Shown here piece after piece: positions 14,330 through 22,436 of a stretch of DNA of 24,000 nucleotides. The stretch is from NCBI GenBank assembly GCA_964573105.1, contig CAZNIS010000012.1, forward strand, positions 74,095-98,094. The letters run 5' to 3'. Numbering within the stretch: position 1 is the stretch's first letter; each line of letters begins with the position of its first letter. Source of the stretch: an uncultured Granulosicoccaceae bacterium (GTDB taxonomy: Bacteria; Pseudomonadota; Gammaproteobacteria; Granulosicoccales; Granulosicoccaceae). The position numbers and the translations under genes are program-made. Below the pieces are notes generated by a model, which was not told the DNA's origin, ran no database searches, and worked only from the letters and a program-made list of their open reading frames with translations.

Positions 14330-15343
14330 TCAGTCAACGAGGTTGAGATAAGCCTCAGCGTAGCTTTGACCGAGCGCTCGCAACCCCTCGGCTGTAAAGT
14401 GCACATATTCTGGCGCATCGTAAGTTGGCAAACCCTCACCACTGACGCAGGCCGTCCACGGATCGTTGTCGGTATTGAGCGCCATCAATCGGCTGTTAAT
14501 CGGTGCCTGCGCGGTCTCACCACAGATGAATGGCTTGCCGTTGTCAAACCAGTTTTCGCTGCGGAAATTAGAGATCAGGGCATACAGCTTATCGCTGTAA
14601 TATTCGCTGCCAACCATGACACCACCAAGGTCTGGATCGCTCGAGCCATTGATCACCCAGTCGGTCTCGCCCTGATGCCACAGAATGCCGTCAAAGGTGC
14701 TCTTGTGCGGCAACTCATTAAGTGCTGCCACCGCCTTGTTGCTGACCTGATTATAGAAATAGGTGCCATAGTCCCAGTGACTGATGCCCTCACCAGGTGC
14801 CGTCGCCAGCACAATGCCGACCACCCGATCGCTGTCGGCAGCCACCAGCTGTTTGCCAAAATGCAGGCCGAAGTTGTTGTGCGGATCGCCGTTCGGGTCG
14901 GTGCGCGGATTCCAGCCAAGATCCCACACCTGACGCAGACTGGCGCGCTGCCAGCCCTCGTCTGTCCAGGCATAGAAACGATCGACTGGCGCATCCAGCA
15001 CAGGATCGAAGTCAGTTTCAGCGCCGAGTGCATTTGACTGCCCGGTAATCAGCACCAGATCGGTGATACCGGATGGCATATCGACGACTGGTTTCGAATC
15101 GGGATCTTCGGGATCGGTGTTGTCACCCCCAACGACGATGACGGTATTACCGTCTTCCTCATCGCCACCCTGTGCCGCCGATGTATCGACCTCGGGCTCA
15201 GGTTGCGGCTGATTGCCAGACTCACCGCCAACCACAATGACAGTGCGGTCCTCGTCGCCATCGCCAGACGCGCACGCGGTTAGCACGGCCAACGCAACGG
15301 TTGTCAACGCTATACGCCAAGTCTGACTGAGTCTACCTTTCAC
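14330..15343 (-). CDS. SASA/SGNH-type esterase lipoprotein, paralog 2
   Basis: GTG start 15343 with GGGGG ~10 nt upstream. Signal plus lipobox: ALAVLTAC-ASG. Acidic linker with two TVIVVGG strands. Motifs: LVLITGQSNALG, ILWHQGETDW, FICGET, EYVHF. Confidence 0.85.
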   Translation of the reverse strand: MKGRLSQTWRIALTTVALAVLTACASGDGDEDRTVIVVGGESGNQPQPEPEVDTSAAQGGDEEDGNTVIVVGGDNTDPEDPDSKPVVDMPSGITDLVLITGQSNALGAETDFDPVLDAPVDRFYAWTDEGWQRASLRQVWDLGWNPRTDPNGDPHNNFGLHFGKQLVAADSDRVVGIVLATAPGEGISHWDYGTYFYNQVSNKAVAALNELPHKSTFDGILWHQGETDWVINGSSDPDLGGVMVGSEYYSDKLYALISNFRSENWFDNGKPFICGETAQAPINSRLMALNTDNDPWTACVSGEGLPTYDAPEYVHFTAEGLRALGQSYAEAYLNLVD

Positions 15344-15625
15344 CTAAACGAACCCCCGGCCTGTATCTGGACACCAAGTGTCTCAATTGCGTTACACACC
15401 GACCGCGAGCCGTTTCAGGTTTCAGCGTTTTATGAGCACTGGCATGGCGAGTACTGTCGACCACGCCCGATTTGGCAGTCAGGAGTTAACAAGCCAGTAT
15501 TCGGCGTCCCCCGGGGGTTCTGAAGACGCATTTCAGGTTGTTCGCGAACTTATCCGCAGTATCCGGGCGCGTCAGGCGACGCGCCAGGGCCTTCCCGTCA
15601 GGAAATCACGAGATCGCAGGCAGTT

Positions 15626-16618
15626 TCAGGATCCGGGCGGACGAGGCTGCATGGTGATGTACTCCCAGGCGTAATTGCTGCCGATTCTGCGCAGCCCTTC
15701 AGCCGAAAAGTGGATGCCATCACCCAGCGAAGGATAGCCTTCGCCCTCAACACAGGCGGTCCAGTCATCGCCATCGGTATTGAGCCGATTGAGACGGTTA
15801 TTGACCGGCAGGCCAATCGTCTCGCCGCAGATGAAGGGCTTTTCGTAGCCGTACCAGCTCTCGTTGCGAAAGTTGGTGATCAGCTGGTTGAGCTTGGTGG
15901 TGTAGTAGTCCGAATCGGCCGCATCGGACTCGCCCTGATGCCACAGGATTCCGTCGAATGAGGATTTGTGCGGTATCTGATTCAAGGCGTTCAGCGCCTT
16001 GTTGCGTATCTGACCAAAGAACTCACCATCGAGATCCCAGTGCGCGATTTCGCGCCCGGGCGCGGTTATCAGCACGATGGCGACACGGCGATCCGTCCGG
16101 TTTTCCGCGATGGTCTTGCCAAAGTGCATGCCGAAGTTATTGAACGGCTCGCGATCGGGATCCGAGTCAGAGAAATTGCCCGGATGGGTCAGATCCCAGA
16201 ATTGGTGCAAATCGGCGATGCGCCAGCCCTGATCGGTGAACGCATAGACACGACTGTTGGGCCGGTCCAGATCCTCATCGAAGGTGGTTGACGCACCCAG
16301 CGCATTTGACTGCCCGGTGATCATCACAAGATCGGTGATCAAATCCAGCCGAACATCATCGGGAATGAAGAAGTCGTCCGGCTCGAATGGTTGTTCGGCC
16401 GGTTCAGGTTCCGGCGTGCCCTGGTCGGGGTTATCGCCGCCGGCACCACCGACGACCACCACCGTACCGGAGTCTTCGTCATCGTCTTCTGCGCTACCGC
16501 CGGCACAGCCATGCAAAAACAGCGCGGCCAGCAACAGCAGTACGCCAACGCATCTATGGACGCGCCATTCTGACAATCGAGTGTCATTTATTATCGGGAA
16601 ACTTTGCACTAGAGCCAT
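15626..16618 (-). CDS. SASA/SGNH-type esterase lipoprotein, paralog 3
   Basis: Start uncertain: ORF-track TTG 16687, ATG 16618 (chosen) or TTG 16576; none has a clear SD. Signal plus lipobox: VLLLLAALFLHGC-AGG. Acidic linker with TVVVVGG. Motifs: LVMITGQSNALG, ILWHQGESD, FICGET, DGIHF. Confidence 0.8.
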   Translation of the reverse strand: MALVQSFPIINDTRLSEWRVHRCVGVLLLLAALFLHGCAGGSAEDDDEDSGTVVVVGGAGGDNPDQGTPEPEPAEQPFEPDDFFIPDDVRLDLITDLVMITGQSNALGASTTFDEDLDRPNSRVYAFTDQGWRIADLHQFWDLTHPGNFSDSDPDREPFNNFGMHFGKTIAENRTDRRVAIVLITAPGREIAHWDLDGEFFGQIRNKALNALNQIPHKSSFDGILWHQGESDAADSDYYTTKLNQLITNFRNESWYGYEKPFICGETIGLPVNNRLNRLNTDGDDWTACVEGEGYPSLGDGIHFSAEGLRRIGSNYAWEYITMQPRPPGS

Positions 16619-16791
16619 CCGTTTGCAGCCATGCAGCTGGCTGCACAGCGCTATCAGCAGGGACTCTCTTTGAACTAGTGAGAGCAAGGGGGTTCAGTAA
16701 AAACCCGCATTATATGCAAGCCCCACCTGCAAAACCGGCGAATTTTCCTAACTGTAGGCTAGTGCACTCTTAAGATTTTCACTCATCCTGG

Positions 16792-16818
16792 CAGGCGCGG
16801 CCAAGTGCCGCGCGCCTG
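16792..16818 (-). terminator. GC-rich hairpin downstream of paralog 4 (weak terminator candidate)
   Basis: Perfect 8-bp stem CAGGCGCG (16792-16799) / CGCGCCTG (16811-16818) with an 11-nt loop, 16 nt after the stop at 16834. No U-run follows on the minus strand, so it is not a canonical intrinsic terminator. Confidence 0.3.
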
Positions 16819-16833
16819 GATTGCCTTGCGCGC

Positions 16834-17916
16834 TCAACGTGGAAGTTGCCACCACATCTGATTGTACAAATCGGCATAGCGCTGCCCCATGGTGCGCAGG
16901 GCGGTGGCCAGAAAGTGGGCGCCATCTTCGTGCGTAGGCAGCCCGGCGGCAGCGATACAGCCGGTCCACGGGTCCCCATCGTGGTTTAACGCCATCAGCT
17001 GCGCGTTCACCGCAAACTGCGACGTTTCACCGCAGATGAAGGGTCGGTCAGCCGAGAACCAGCTCTCTGCGCGAAAATTGGCAACCAGCGAATTCAACGC
17101 CTGCGCGTAGGCTTCACCACCATTTGCATCGGATTCACCCTGATGCCACAGAATGCCATCCAGCTGGTTTTTGGTCGGATGTTCAGCCAGCGCGGCACGC
17201 ACCTTTCGATCGACCGCGCGATAGAAATCGCCATCCCGCTGCCAGTGAGCAATCGGCTGCCCGGGCGCAGTTGCCAACACAAATCCAAACACTCTGTTAG
17301 TGCCAGCGGTCAGTTGAACCATTCGCTTGCCATAGTGCAACGCCAGATTGTTCGACGGCGGTTCACTGCCATCATTGCCCGGATGCCAGCCCAGATCCCA
17401 GATCTGGTGCAAGTCGGCAATCTGCCAGCCACGATCGGTATAGGCCAGTACTCTCGAATCCGGGGAATCAAGGCCCGCATCAAAGCTCGTCCCCGCACCC
17501 AGCGCATTCGACTGTCCGGTCAACAGCACCAGGTCGGTGATATCTTCAAGCTGATGTGGCCCATTGATCGGCGTTGACCAAACCACAGGCTCTGTCACTT
17601 CGGGCTCGGCAGGTGTCTCGATAGTGAACTCGTCCTGCTCCAGCGTTTCCGCCGGTGGTTCTGTCTGCGCCAGCGCTGCATCGGGTTCTGCGGCGGCCGG
17701 GTCATTGACGGGCTCGAAAGCATCGTCATCAACCTGAGGCAGACCGGTAGCGGCGGTTTCAGGTTCGCTTGCCGACGGCTGGGTGACAGAGGGCGTGTCC
17801 GCCGGTGGGGTGACAGGCTCAAGTGAGGCACTGCTGCTGCAGCCGGCGATCACAGCCGCCAGTGATACCGCCGCCAGCAGTCGACCCGATCTGGTCAATT
17901 CAAAGCCAACCCACAC
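16834..17916 (-). CDS. SASA/SGNH-type esterase lipoprotein, paralog 4
   Basis: GTG 17916 with GGGAGAG (revcomp of 17925-17931) 7 nt upstream. Signal plus lipobox: LAAVIAGC-SSS. ~100-aa Pro/Glu/Ala/Thr-rich linker. Motifs: LVLLTGQSNALG, ILWHQGESD, FICGET, DGAHF. Confidence 0.85.
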   Translation of the reverse strand: MWVGFELTRSGRLLAAVSLAAVIAGCSSSASLEPVTPPADTPSVTQPSASEPETAATGLPQVDDDAFEPVNDPAAAEPDAALAQTEPPAETLEQDEFTIETPAEPEVTEPVVWSTPINGPHQLEDITDLVLLTGQSNALGAGTSFDAGLDSPDSRVLAYTDRGWQIADLHQIWDLGWHPGNDGSEPPSNNLALHYGKRMVQLTAGTNRVFGFVLATAPGQPIAHWQRDGDFYRAVDRKVRAALAEHPTKNQLDGILWHQGESDANGGEAYAQALNSLVANFRAESWFSADRPFICGETSQFAVNAQLMALNHDGDPWTGCIAAAGLPTHEDGAHFLATALRTMGQRYADLYNQMWWQLPR

Positions 17917-18002
17917 GTTTAGACTCTCCCGTCACAGCCGCAACGCGCGGCTCAAGAGTCTATGTATAGACCACCCTGCAGGCTTGGCTTGGCGGGTTTA
18001 CG

Positions 18003-19379
18003 TCAGCTCGCCAGCTGCCAGTGCGCGAAGGTTTGATCGATCGCTTTTGCTGCGATCGAAAACAGCTCATCGATCTCGGTTTTGCTGATGATCAGCGGCG
18101 GCGAGAGGATCATCGAGTCGCCAACCGCGCGCATTACAAGACCGTTGGATGAGGCAAAATCGCGGCACAACACACCGATGTCTCCCTCTTTCTCGAACGG
18201 CTGATTGGTGCCCTTGTTCGGCACCAGCTGAATCGCGCCCAGCATCCCGAGACCACGCACCTGACCCACAAACGGGTGCTCTGCCAGCTCTGCCAGCCGC
18301 TTTTGAAACCACGGTGCCGTCGAAGACTCAACGGTTTCGACGATCTTCTCGCGGCGCATCAGTTTTAGGTTAGCAATCGCTGCAGCGGCGCAGGCCGGAT
18401 GCCCCGAATAGGTGTAGCCGTGATTGAAGTCACCGCCCTGCTCCAGACCTTCGGCCACGTGATCGCTGACGACCACGCCGCCGATCGGCAAATAGCCGGA
18501 TGACAATCCCTTCGCCACTGCCATCAGATCGGGCTTGATGTCGAGCGTCTGACTGCCAAACCAGCGGCCTGTGCGGCCAAAGCCACAGATCACTTCATCG
18601 GCGACCAGCAAAATATTGTGCTCGCGACAGATGCGCTGAATCTCCGGCCAGTAGGTGTCCGGTGGCACAATCACACCGCCCGCGCCCTGAATCGGCTCGG
18701 CGATAAAGGCCGCCACCCGATCCGCCCCCAGTTGCGCGATGCGCTCCTCCAGCGCACGCGCGGCACGCAGGCCAAAGTCGGCTTCGTTCTCGTCGTAGCC
18801 GTTGGCAAACCAGTGCGGCTGCATGATGTGTTCGATATCGGGGATCGGCAGCCCGCCCTGCTTGTGCATCGGCTTCATGCCACCGAGACTCGCGCCGGCC
18901 ATGGTGCTGCCGTGGTAAGCGTTCTCGCGGCTGATGATGACTTTTTTATCCGGCTTGCCGACCGACGCCCAGTAGTGGCGCACCAGCCGCACCACGGTAT
19001 CGTTGGCCTCGGACCCGGAGCTGCAAAAAAACGTGCGATTAAGCCCGTCAGGTGTGAGCTCGGCCAGCAGCGCCGACAACTCGATCACCGGTGGATGGGA
19101 GGTCTGGAAAAAGGTGTTGTAGTAAGGCAGTTGCTCCATCTGCGCGTAGGCTGCATCGAGAATCTCGCGCTGCCCATAGCCTGCGTTCACGCACCACAAC
19201 CCGGCCATGCCATCGAGGTAGCGCACGCCGTCAGAATCGGTTAGATAAACCCCGGAGGCCTCTTTGATGACACGCGTGCCCTTTTTATTCAGCGCACGGG
19301 TATCGGTAAAGGGGTGCAAGTGATGGCTGGCATCCAGTGCTTGCAGTTTTTCGGTCGGCAGGTTGTGCAGACTACCCAT
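18003..19379 (-). CDS. Class-III PLP-dependent aminotransferase (omega-amino acid / putrescine:pyruvate transaminase-like)
   Basis: 458 aa. ATG 19379 with GGAG 8 nt upstream. HHLHPFTD, GMAGLWCVNAGYG, YYNTFFQTSHPP, the LVADEVICGFGRTG Asp motif and the AVAKGLSSGYLPIGG Schiff-base Lys region resemble SpuC / beta-alanine-pyruvate transaminase. The substrate cannot be called from sequence. Confidence 0.85.
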   Translation of the reverse strand: MGSLHNLPTEKLQALDASHHLHPFTDTRALNKKGTRVIKEASGVYLTDSDGVRYLDGMAGLWCVNAGYGQREILDAAYAQMEQLPYYNTFFQTSHPPVIELSALLAELTPDGLNRTFFCSSGSEANDTVVRLVRHYWASVGKPDKKVIISRENAYHGSTMAGASLGGMKPMHKQGGLPIPDIEHIMQPHWFANGYDENEADFGLRAARALEERIAQLGADRVAAFIAEPIQGAGGVIVPPDTYWPEIQRICREHNILLVADEVICGFGRTGRWFGSQTLDIKPDLMAVAKGLSSGYLPIGGVVVSDHVAEGLEQGGDFNHGYTYSGHPACAAAAIANLKLMRREKIVETVESSTAPWFQKRLAELAEHPFVGQVRGLGMLGAIQLVPNKGTNQPFEKEGDIGVLCRDFASSNGLVMRAVGDSMILSPPLIISKTEIDELFSIAAKAIDQTFAHWQLAS

Positions 19380-19442
19380 AGGTGGCTCCGGTCAGATACA
19401 GCGGCAGAAATTAACGCGGCCATCAGCGGGACGCGCAGACCA

Positions 19443-20123
19443 CTAGTCTAATTTGAGCTCAACCGGTTCACCAGCCGGATCTGCACTCAGATCGACGCCC
19501 GCGATGCTAGCAAGCTCCAGCGCGATTTCATCTGAGAGCTGACCCACCGCGGTGCTGTAGGCTGCCACCATCGGTGAGTAACCCCGCCCGGTAACCGGGA
19601 TGCGGAATTCTGATATCTGAGTTTTCAGCAATTTGGCAGGGCGATCGCCGGTCAGGATCTGCCAGCGCACCTGCAAAAACACCTGCCGACGCAGCGCGCC
19701 CAGCATTTGAATCACATCGAGCCTGACCTGGTAGTCAATCTGATTGCGCAGCCACGGATAGGGATAGAGTTTGTCCAGTGACAGTTGCTCGGCGATGTTT
19801 GCCATCATCACGCGGGTAATGTTTTCCCGCAGCGGCTCGCTCCAGCGATGGTATTCGGCCACCAGCAACTGATTGTTGTCCATCGGTGTGACGATGTTCG
19901 GCCGGTTAACCGTCTCCGGGATTGTCACCGGCCCAAGCCCAAGCGCAATCTCTTTCAGGTTCGCGATCGGCTGATCACGCGTACTGCTGGAATCGGGAGT
20001 GATCACGTAATAATCAGGCAACGGCGTGTTGATGCAGCCGGCCAACATCCACGCCAGTGCAAGTGCCAGCCACACGCGCGCGCTCTGCCACGCAGCAATA
20101 CCGGTTGAAACTCTATTTGCCAA
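19443..20123 (-). CDS. pqiC: PqiC-like lipoprotein (ABC-type transport auxiliary component)
   Basis: TTG start overlaps the pqiB 3' end by 11 nt. Lipobox ALAWMLAGC-INT. Size (226 aa) and position directly after pqiB fit PqiC/DUF330. Confidence 0.75.
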   Translation of the reverse strand: MANRVSTGIAAWQSARVWLALALAWMLAGCINTPLPDYYVITPDSSSTRDQPIANLKEIALGLGPVTIPETVNRPNIVTPMDNNQLLVAEYHRWSEPLRENITRVMMANIAEQLSLDKLYPYPWLRNQIDYQVRLDVIQMLGALRRQVFLQVRWQILTGDRPAKLLKTQISEFRIPVTGRGYSPMVAAYSTAVGQLSDEIALELASIAGVDLSADPAGEPVELKLD

Positions 20124-21810
20124 AAAGGAATTCCTCGGGTTTTCGCTCCACCGATTCTGCCACCAGTTGCACAGCCTTGGCCGCAGCCTGAATATCCTTG
20201 AGCGTGTTCAATACGTTGTAATACAGAGGCGAATCCGGTGCGATACCGGCGACCGATTCGGTGCTGGTATCCAGCAGTCCTTCCAGCACACCGGCCACTT
20301 TGTCCAGTTGCTTGCGCGAATCACTGGCCAGTCGCCAGTACTCTTTGATCGTCGCATCGGTGGCGTACATCACACCATCCACATCGCCCGGCAGATCCTG
20401 TTCATTGAAGCCACCGAGCAGCGCATCGGCCTCGCCCAGCGCACTGACGGCAGTGGCGAGCAAATCCTCCAGTGGCAAGGCATTGAGCTTGGCCAGTGTC
20501 TCCTGCACACCCTCGGTAATCTGATCCAGATCCGACGGCACGCTCGGCAGTATATCCATGCCCTCAGCGGTTTTGGCCAGGTGTTTCGGGCCATTGTCGG
20601 CATACATATCGAGCGCTACATACAATTGCCCGGTCAGCAAATTGCCGGTCTGCAGCTTGGCGCGCAGCCCCTGCGTGATCGCCTGTTTGATCAGATCGCC
20701 TTCATCGACATCGTTATCCTGAAAGCCGCGCACGCGCTCAGGCTGCAGTTCAATGACCACCGGCACTCGAACGGTCTCGAGTATTTCATCGTAGGTGAGG
20801 CGAACTTCCGTCACGGTGCCAATCTGCACGCCGCGAAATTCCACCGGCGCACCGGCCGACAAGCCGCGCACCGAGCCATCGAAATAGACCGTGAATTCCG
20901 TGCGCTTGCCGGCATCGCGCAGAATCGCCTCGCGCGCGGTGGTCTGCGATTCGTACAGCGTAAATGTGTGCCCACTCTCGACAGGCTCCGGAAAGGCAAA
21001 CTCCTCGATCACATCAAACGCCACACCGCCTTGCGCCAGTGCCTCAAGCGATGGCGTGTTGACTCGAAAGCCATCACTGTTGACCGTAAAATCAAAACCG
21101 CTGATATACCAAAAGCGCGTGGTATTGCGAATGATCTCGTGATGTGGCGCATCGATGAACACATCGAATTCCACGCCCTGATAATCATCGAGAAAGCGCC
21201 GCGCCTCGATCTGGCCGACCTTGACCTCGCGATAGTAGACGGGCGATCCGACCGACACATAACCGGCCTGATCCGATCGCAACACTAACTGCATGCCCGG
21301 TGCGTTCTCCGGTGTCAGCGGCGGTTGCTCCAGGCCGACGAAGCGCTTTTGAAATTCCCCGCCGGTCACCGAGTTGACCTGAATATATGCACCGGATAAC
21401 AACGTGCCCAGACCCGAGACACCGCTGGTGCCGACCCGCGGCCGAACCACCCAGAATCGCGCCCGATTGTTCAGATAGCGCCGGGTATCGGGATCCATTT
21501 TGGCCTGCACAACCACCGTCTCCAGATCCTCACTCAGGCGGATATCCTCGACCACGCCGATATTCACGTCGCGATAGCGGATCGGCGTCTTGCCGGCCAC
21601 CAGCCCCTCGGCGTTATCGAAGATTATCGTCACCGTCGGTCCCTGGCCTCGATAAAGCGAGAAGGCCAGATAAAAACCCAGACAGATCGCAAGCAACGGC
21701 ACCGCCCAGACCAGCGATACGCGCTGAAAGCGACGGCGCGGCACCACCACCGGCTCGACTGGCGGTGGATCGTCGCTATCGGGATCCGGATTGGGAGGCA
21801 CTGAGCTCAT
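20113..21810 (-). CDS. pqiB: PqiB-like multi-MCE-domain intermembrane transport protein
   Basis: 565 aa. N-terminal TM helix SLVWAVPLLAICLGFYLAFSLY. Repeated MCE-type segments (LVAGKTPIRYRDVNIGVVEDI, GSPVYYREVKVGQIE, AGAPVEFRGVQIGTVTEV). Helical C-terminal region. Confidence 0.85.
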   Translation of the reverse strand: MSSVPPNPDPDSDDPPPVEPVVVPRRRFQRVSLVWAVPLLAICLGFYLAFSLYRGQGPTVTIIFDNAEGLVAGKTPIRYRDVNIGVVEDIRLSEDLETVVVQAKMDPDTRRYLNNRARFWVVRPRVGTSGVSGLGTLLSGAYIQVNSVTGGEFQKRFVGLEQPPLTPENAPGMQLVLRSDQAGYVSVGSPVYYREVKVGQIEARRFLDDYQGVEFDVFIDAPHHEIIRNTTRFWYISGFDFTVNSDGFRVNTPSLEALAQGGVAFDVIEEFAFPEPVESGHTFTLYESQTTAREAILRDAGKRTEFTVYFDGSVRGLSAGAPVEFRGVQIGTVTEVRLTYDEILETVRVPVVIELQPERVRGFQDNDVDEGDLIKQAITQGLRAKLQTGNLLTGQLYVALDMYADNGPKHLAKTAEGMDILPSVPSDLDQITEGVQETLAKLNALPLEDLLATAVSALGEADALLGGFNEQDLPGDVDGVMYATDATIKEYWRLASDSRKQLDKVAGVLEGLLDTSTESVAGIAPDSPLYYNVLNTLKDIQAAAKAVQLVAESVERKPEEFLFGK

Positions 21811-21830
21811 CTGAAAGACATATGCAATCG

Positions 21831-22436
21831 CTAATCCCAGATTAGACGAGGATCGAGCGAAAGCGCTGAAAGCATGGTAAATATTACCGTTGCCCCGAAC
21901 GCCATCACACCAATGCCCGGGTCAATCTGGGCGAACGAGCCGATCTGCACCAGCGCCGCCAGGATCGCCACCACAAACACATCGATCATCGACCAGCGGC
22001 CGATGAATTCCGTCACCCGAAACAGCCGGGCGCGGTCGAGTCTGCGCTCCTCTGATCCGCGCTGAATCGAGATCAGCAGCCAGGAGATGGCGAAAAATTT
22101 CAGCAATGGCACCACGATACTGGCGACAAACACCACCAGCGCCACCGGATAGGATTTCAGCTCCACCAGTACCAGGATGCCGCTCAAGATCGTGTTCGGC
22201 TCCGACACACCAAATACTGAGGTGTGCATAATCGGATAGAAATTGGCAGGAAAATAGGCGATCACCCCGGCGATCAGCCAGGCCCAGGATCGCTGCACAC
22301 TCAACGGTTTGCGCGAATGCAGCACCGACTGGCACAGCGAGCAGCGCGACACCGCGAACAGATTGTGGGTCTCCAACTCAGACAAATTCCCACAGGCTTC
22401 GCACGACACCAGGCCGCTCTCGCGCGCACTCTTCAT
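21831..22436 (-). CDS. pqiA: PqiA-domain membrane protein, second half-size gene
   Basis: 201 aa. CEACG...CSLCQ zinc-ribbon-like pair followed by 4 hydrophobic helices. Start ATG 22434-22436 overlaps the upstream stop (ATGA overlap, 22433-22436). Confidence 0.8.
   Translation of the reverse strand: MKSARESGLVSCEACGNLSELETHNLFAVSRCSLCQSVLHSRKPLSVQRSWAWLIAGVIAYFPANFYPIMHTSVFGVSEPNTILSGILVLVELKSYPVALVVFVASIVVPLLKFFAISWLLISIQRGSEERRLDRARLFRVTEFIGRWSMIDVFVVAILAALVQIGSFAQIDPGIGVMAFGATVIFTMLSALSLDPRLIWD

Noticed and set aside
13289-15037. Plus-strand ORFs of 299 aa (13289-14188) and 244 aa (14303-15037) antisense to esterase paralogs 1 and 2
   Set aside because: Arg/Gly/Ala-rich antisense translations of genes whose sense products carry conserved catalytic motifs in four paralogs.
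15566-15585. GC-rich hairpin GGCGCGTC-AGGC-GACGCGCC downstream of paralog 3 as an intrinsic terminator
   Set aside because: No U-run follows on either strand. It may be a structural element, but it cannot be supported as a terminator.
15378-15674. 98-aa plus-strand ORF filling the paralog 3 / paralog 2 spacer
   Set aside because: It has a GTG start without an SD, an Arg-rich product, and overlaps the paralog 3 3' end. I treat the spacer as regulatory DNA, although a small protein cannot be excluded.
20026-21288. 420-aa plus-strand ORF antisense to pqiB
   Set aside because: It is long, but its composition (R/I/H/Q-rich, no domain-like motifs) is typical of shadow ORFs opposite GC-rich genes. 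pqiB on the other strand has clear MCE-domain features and operon context.
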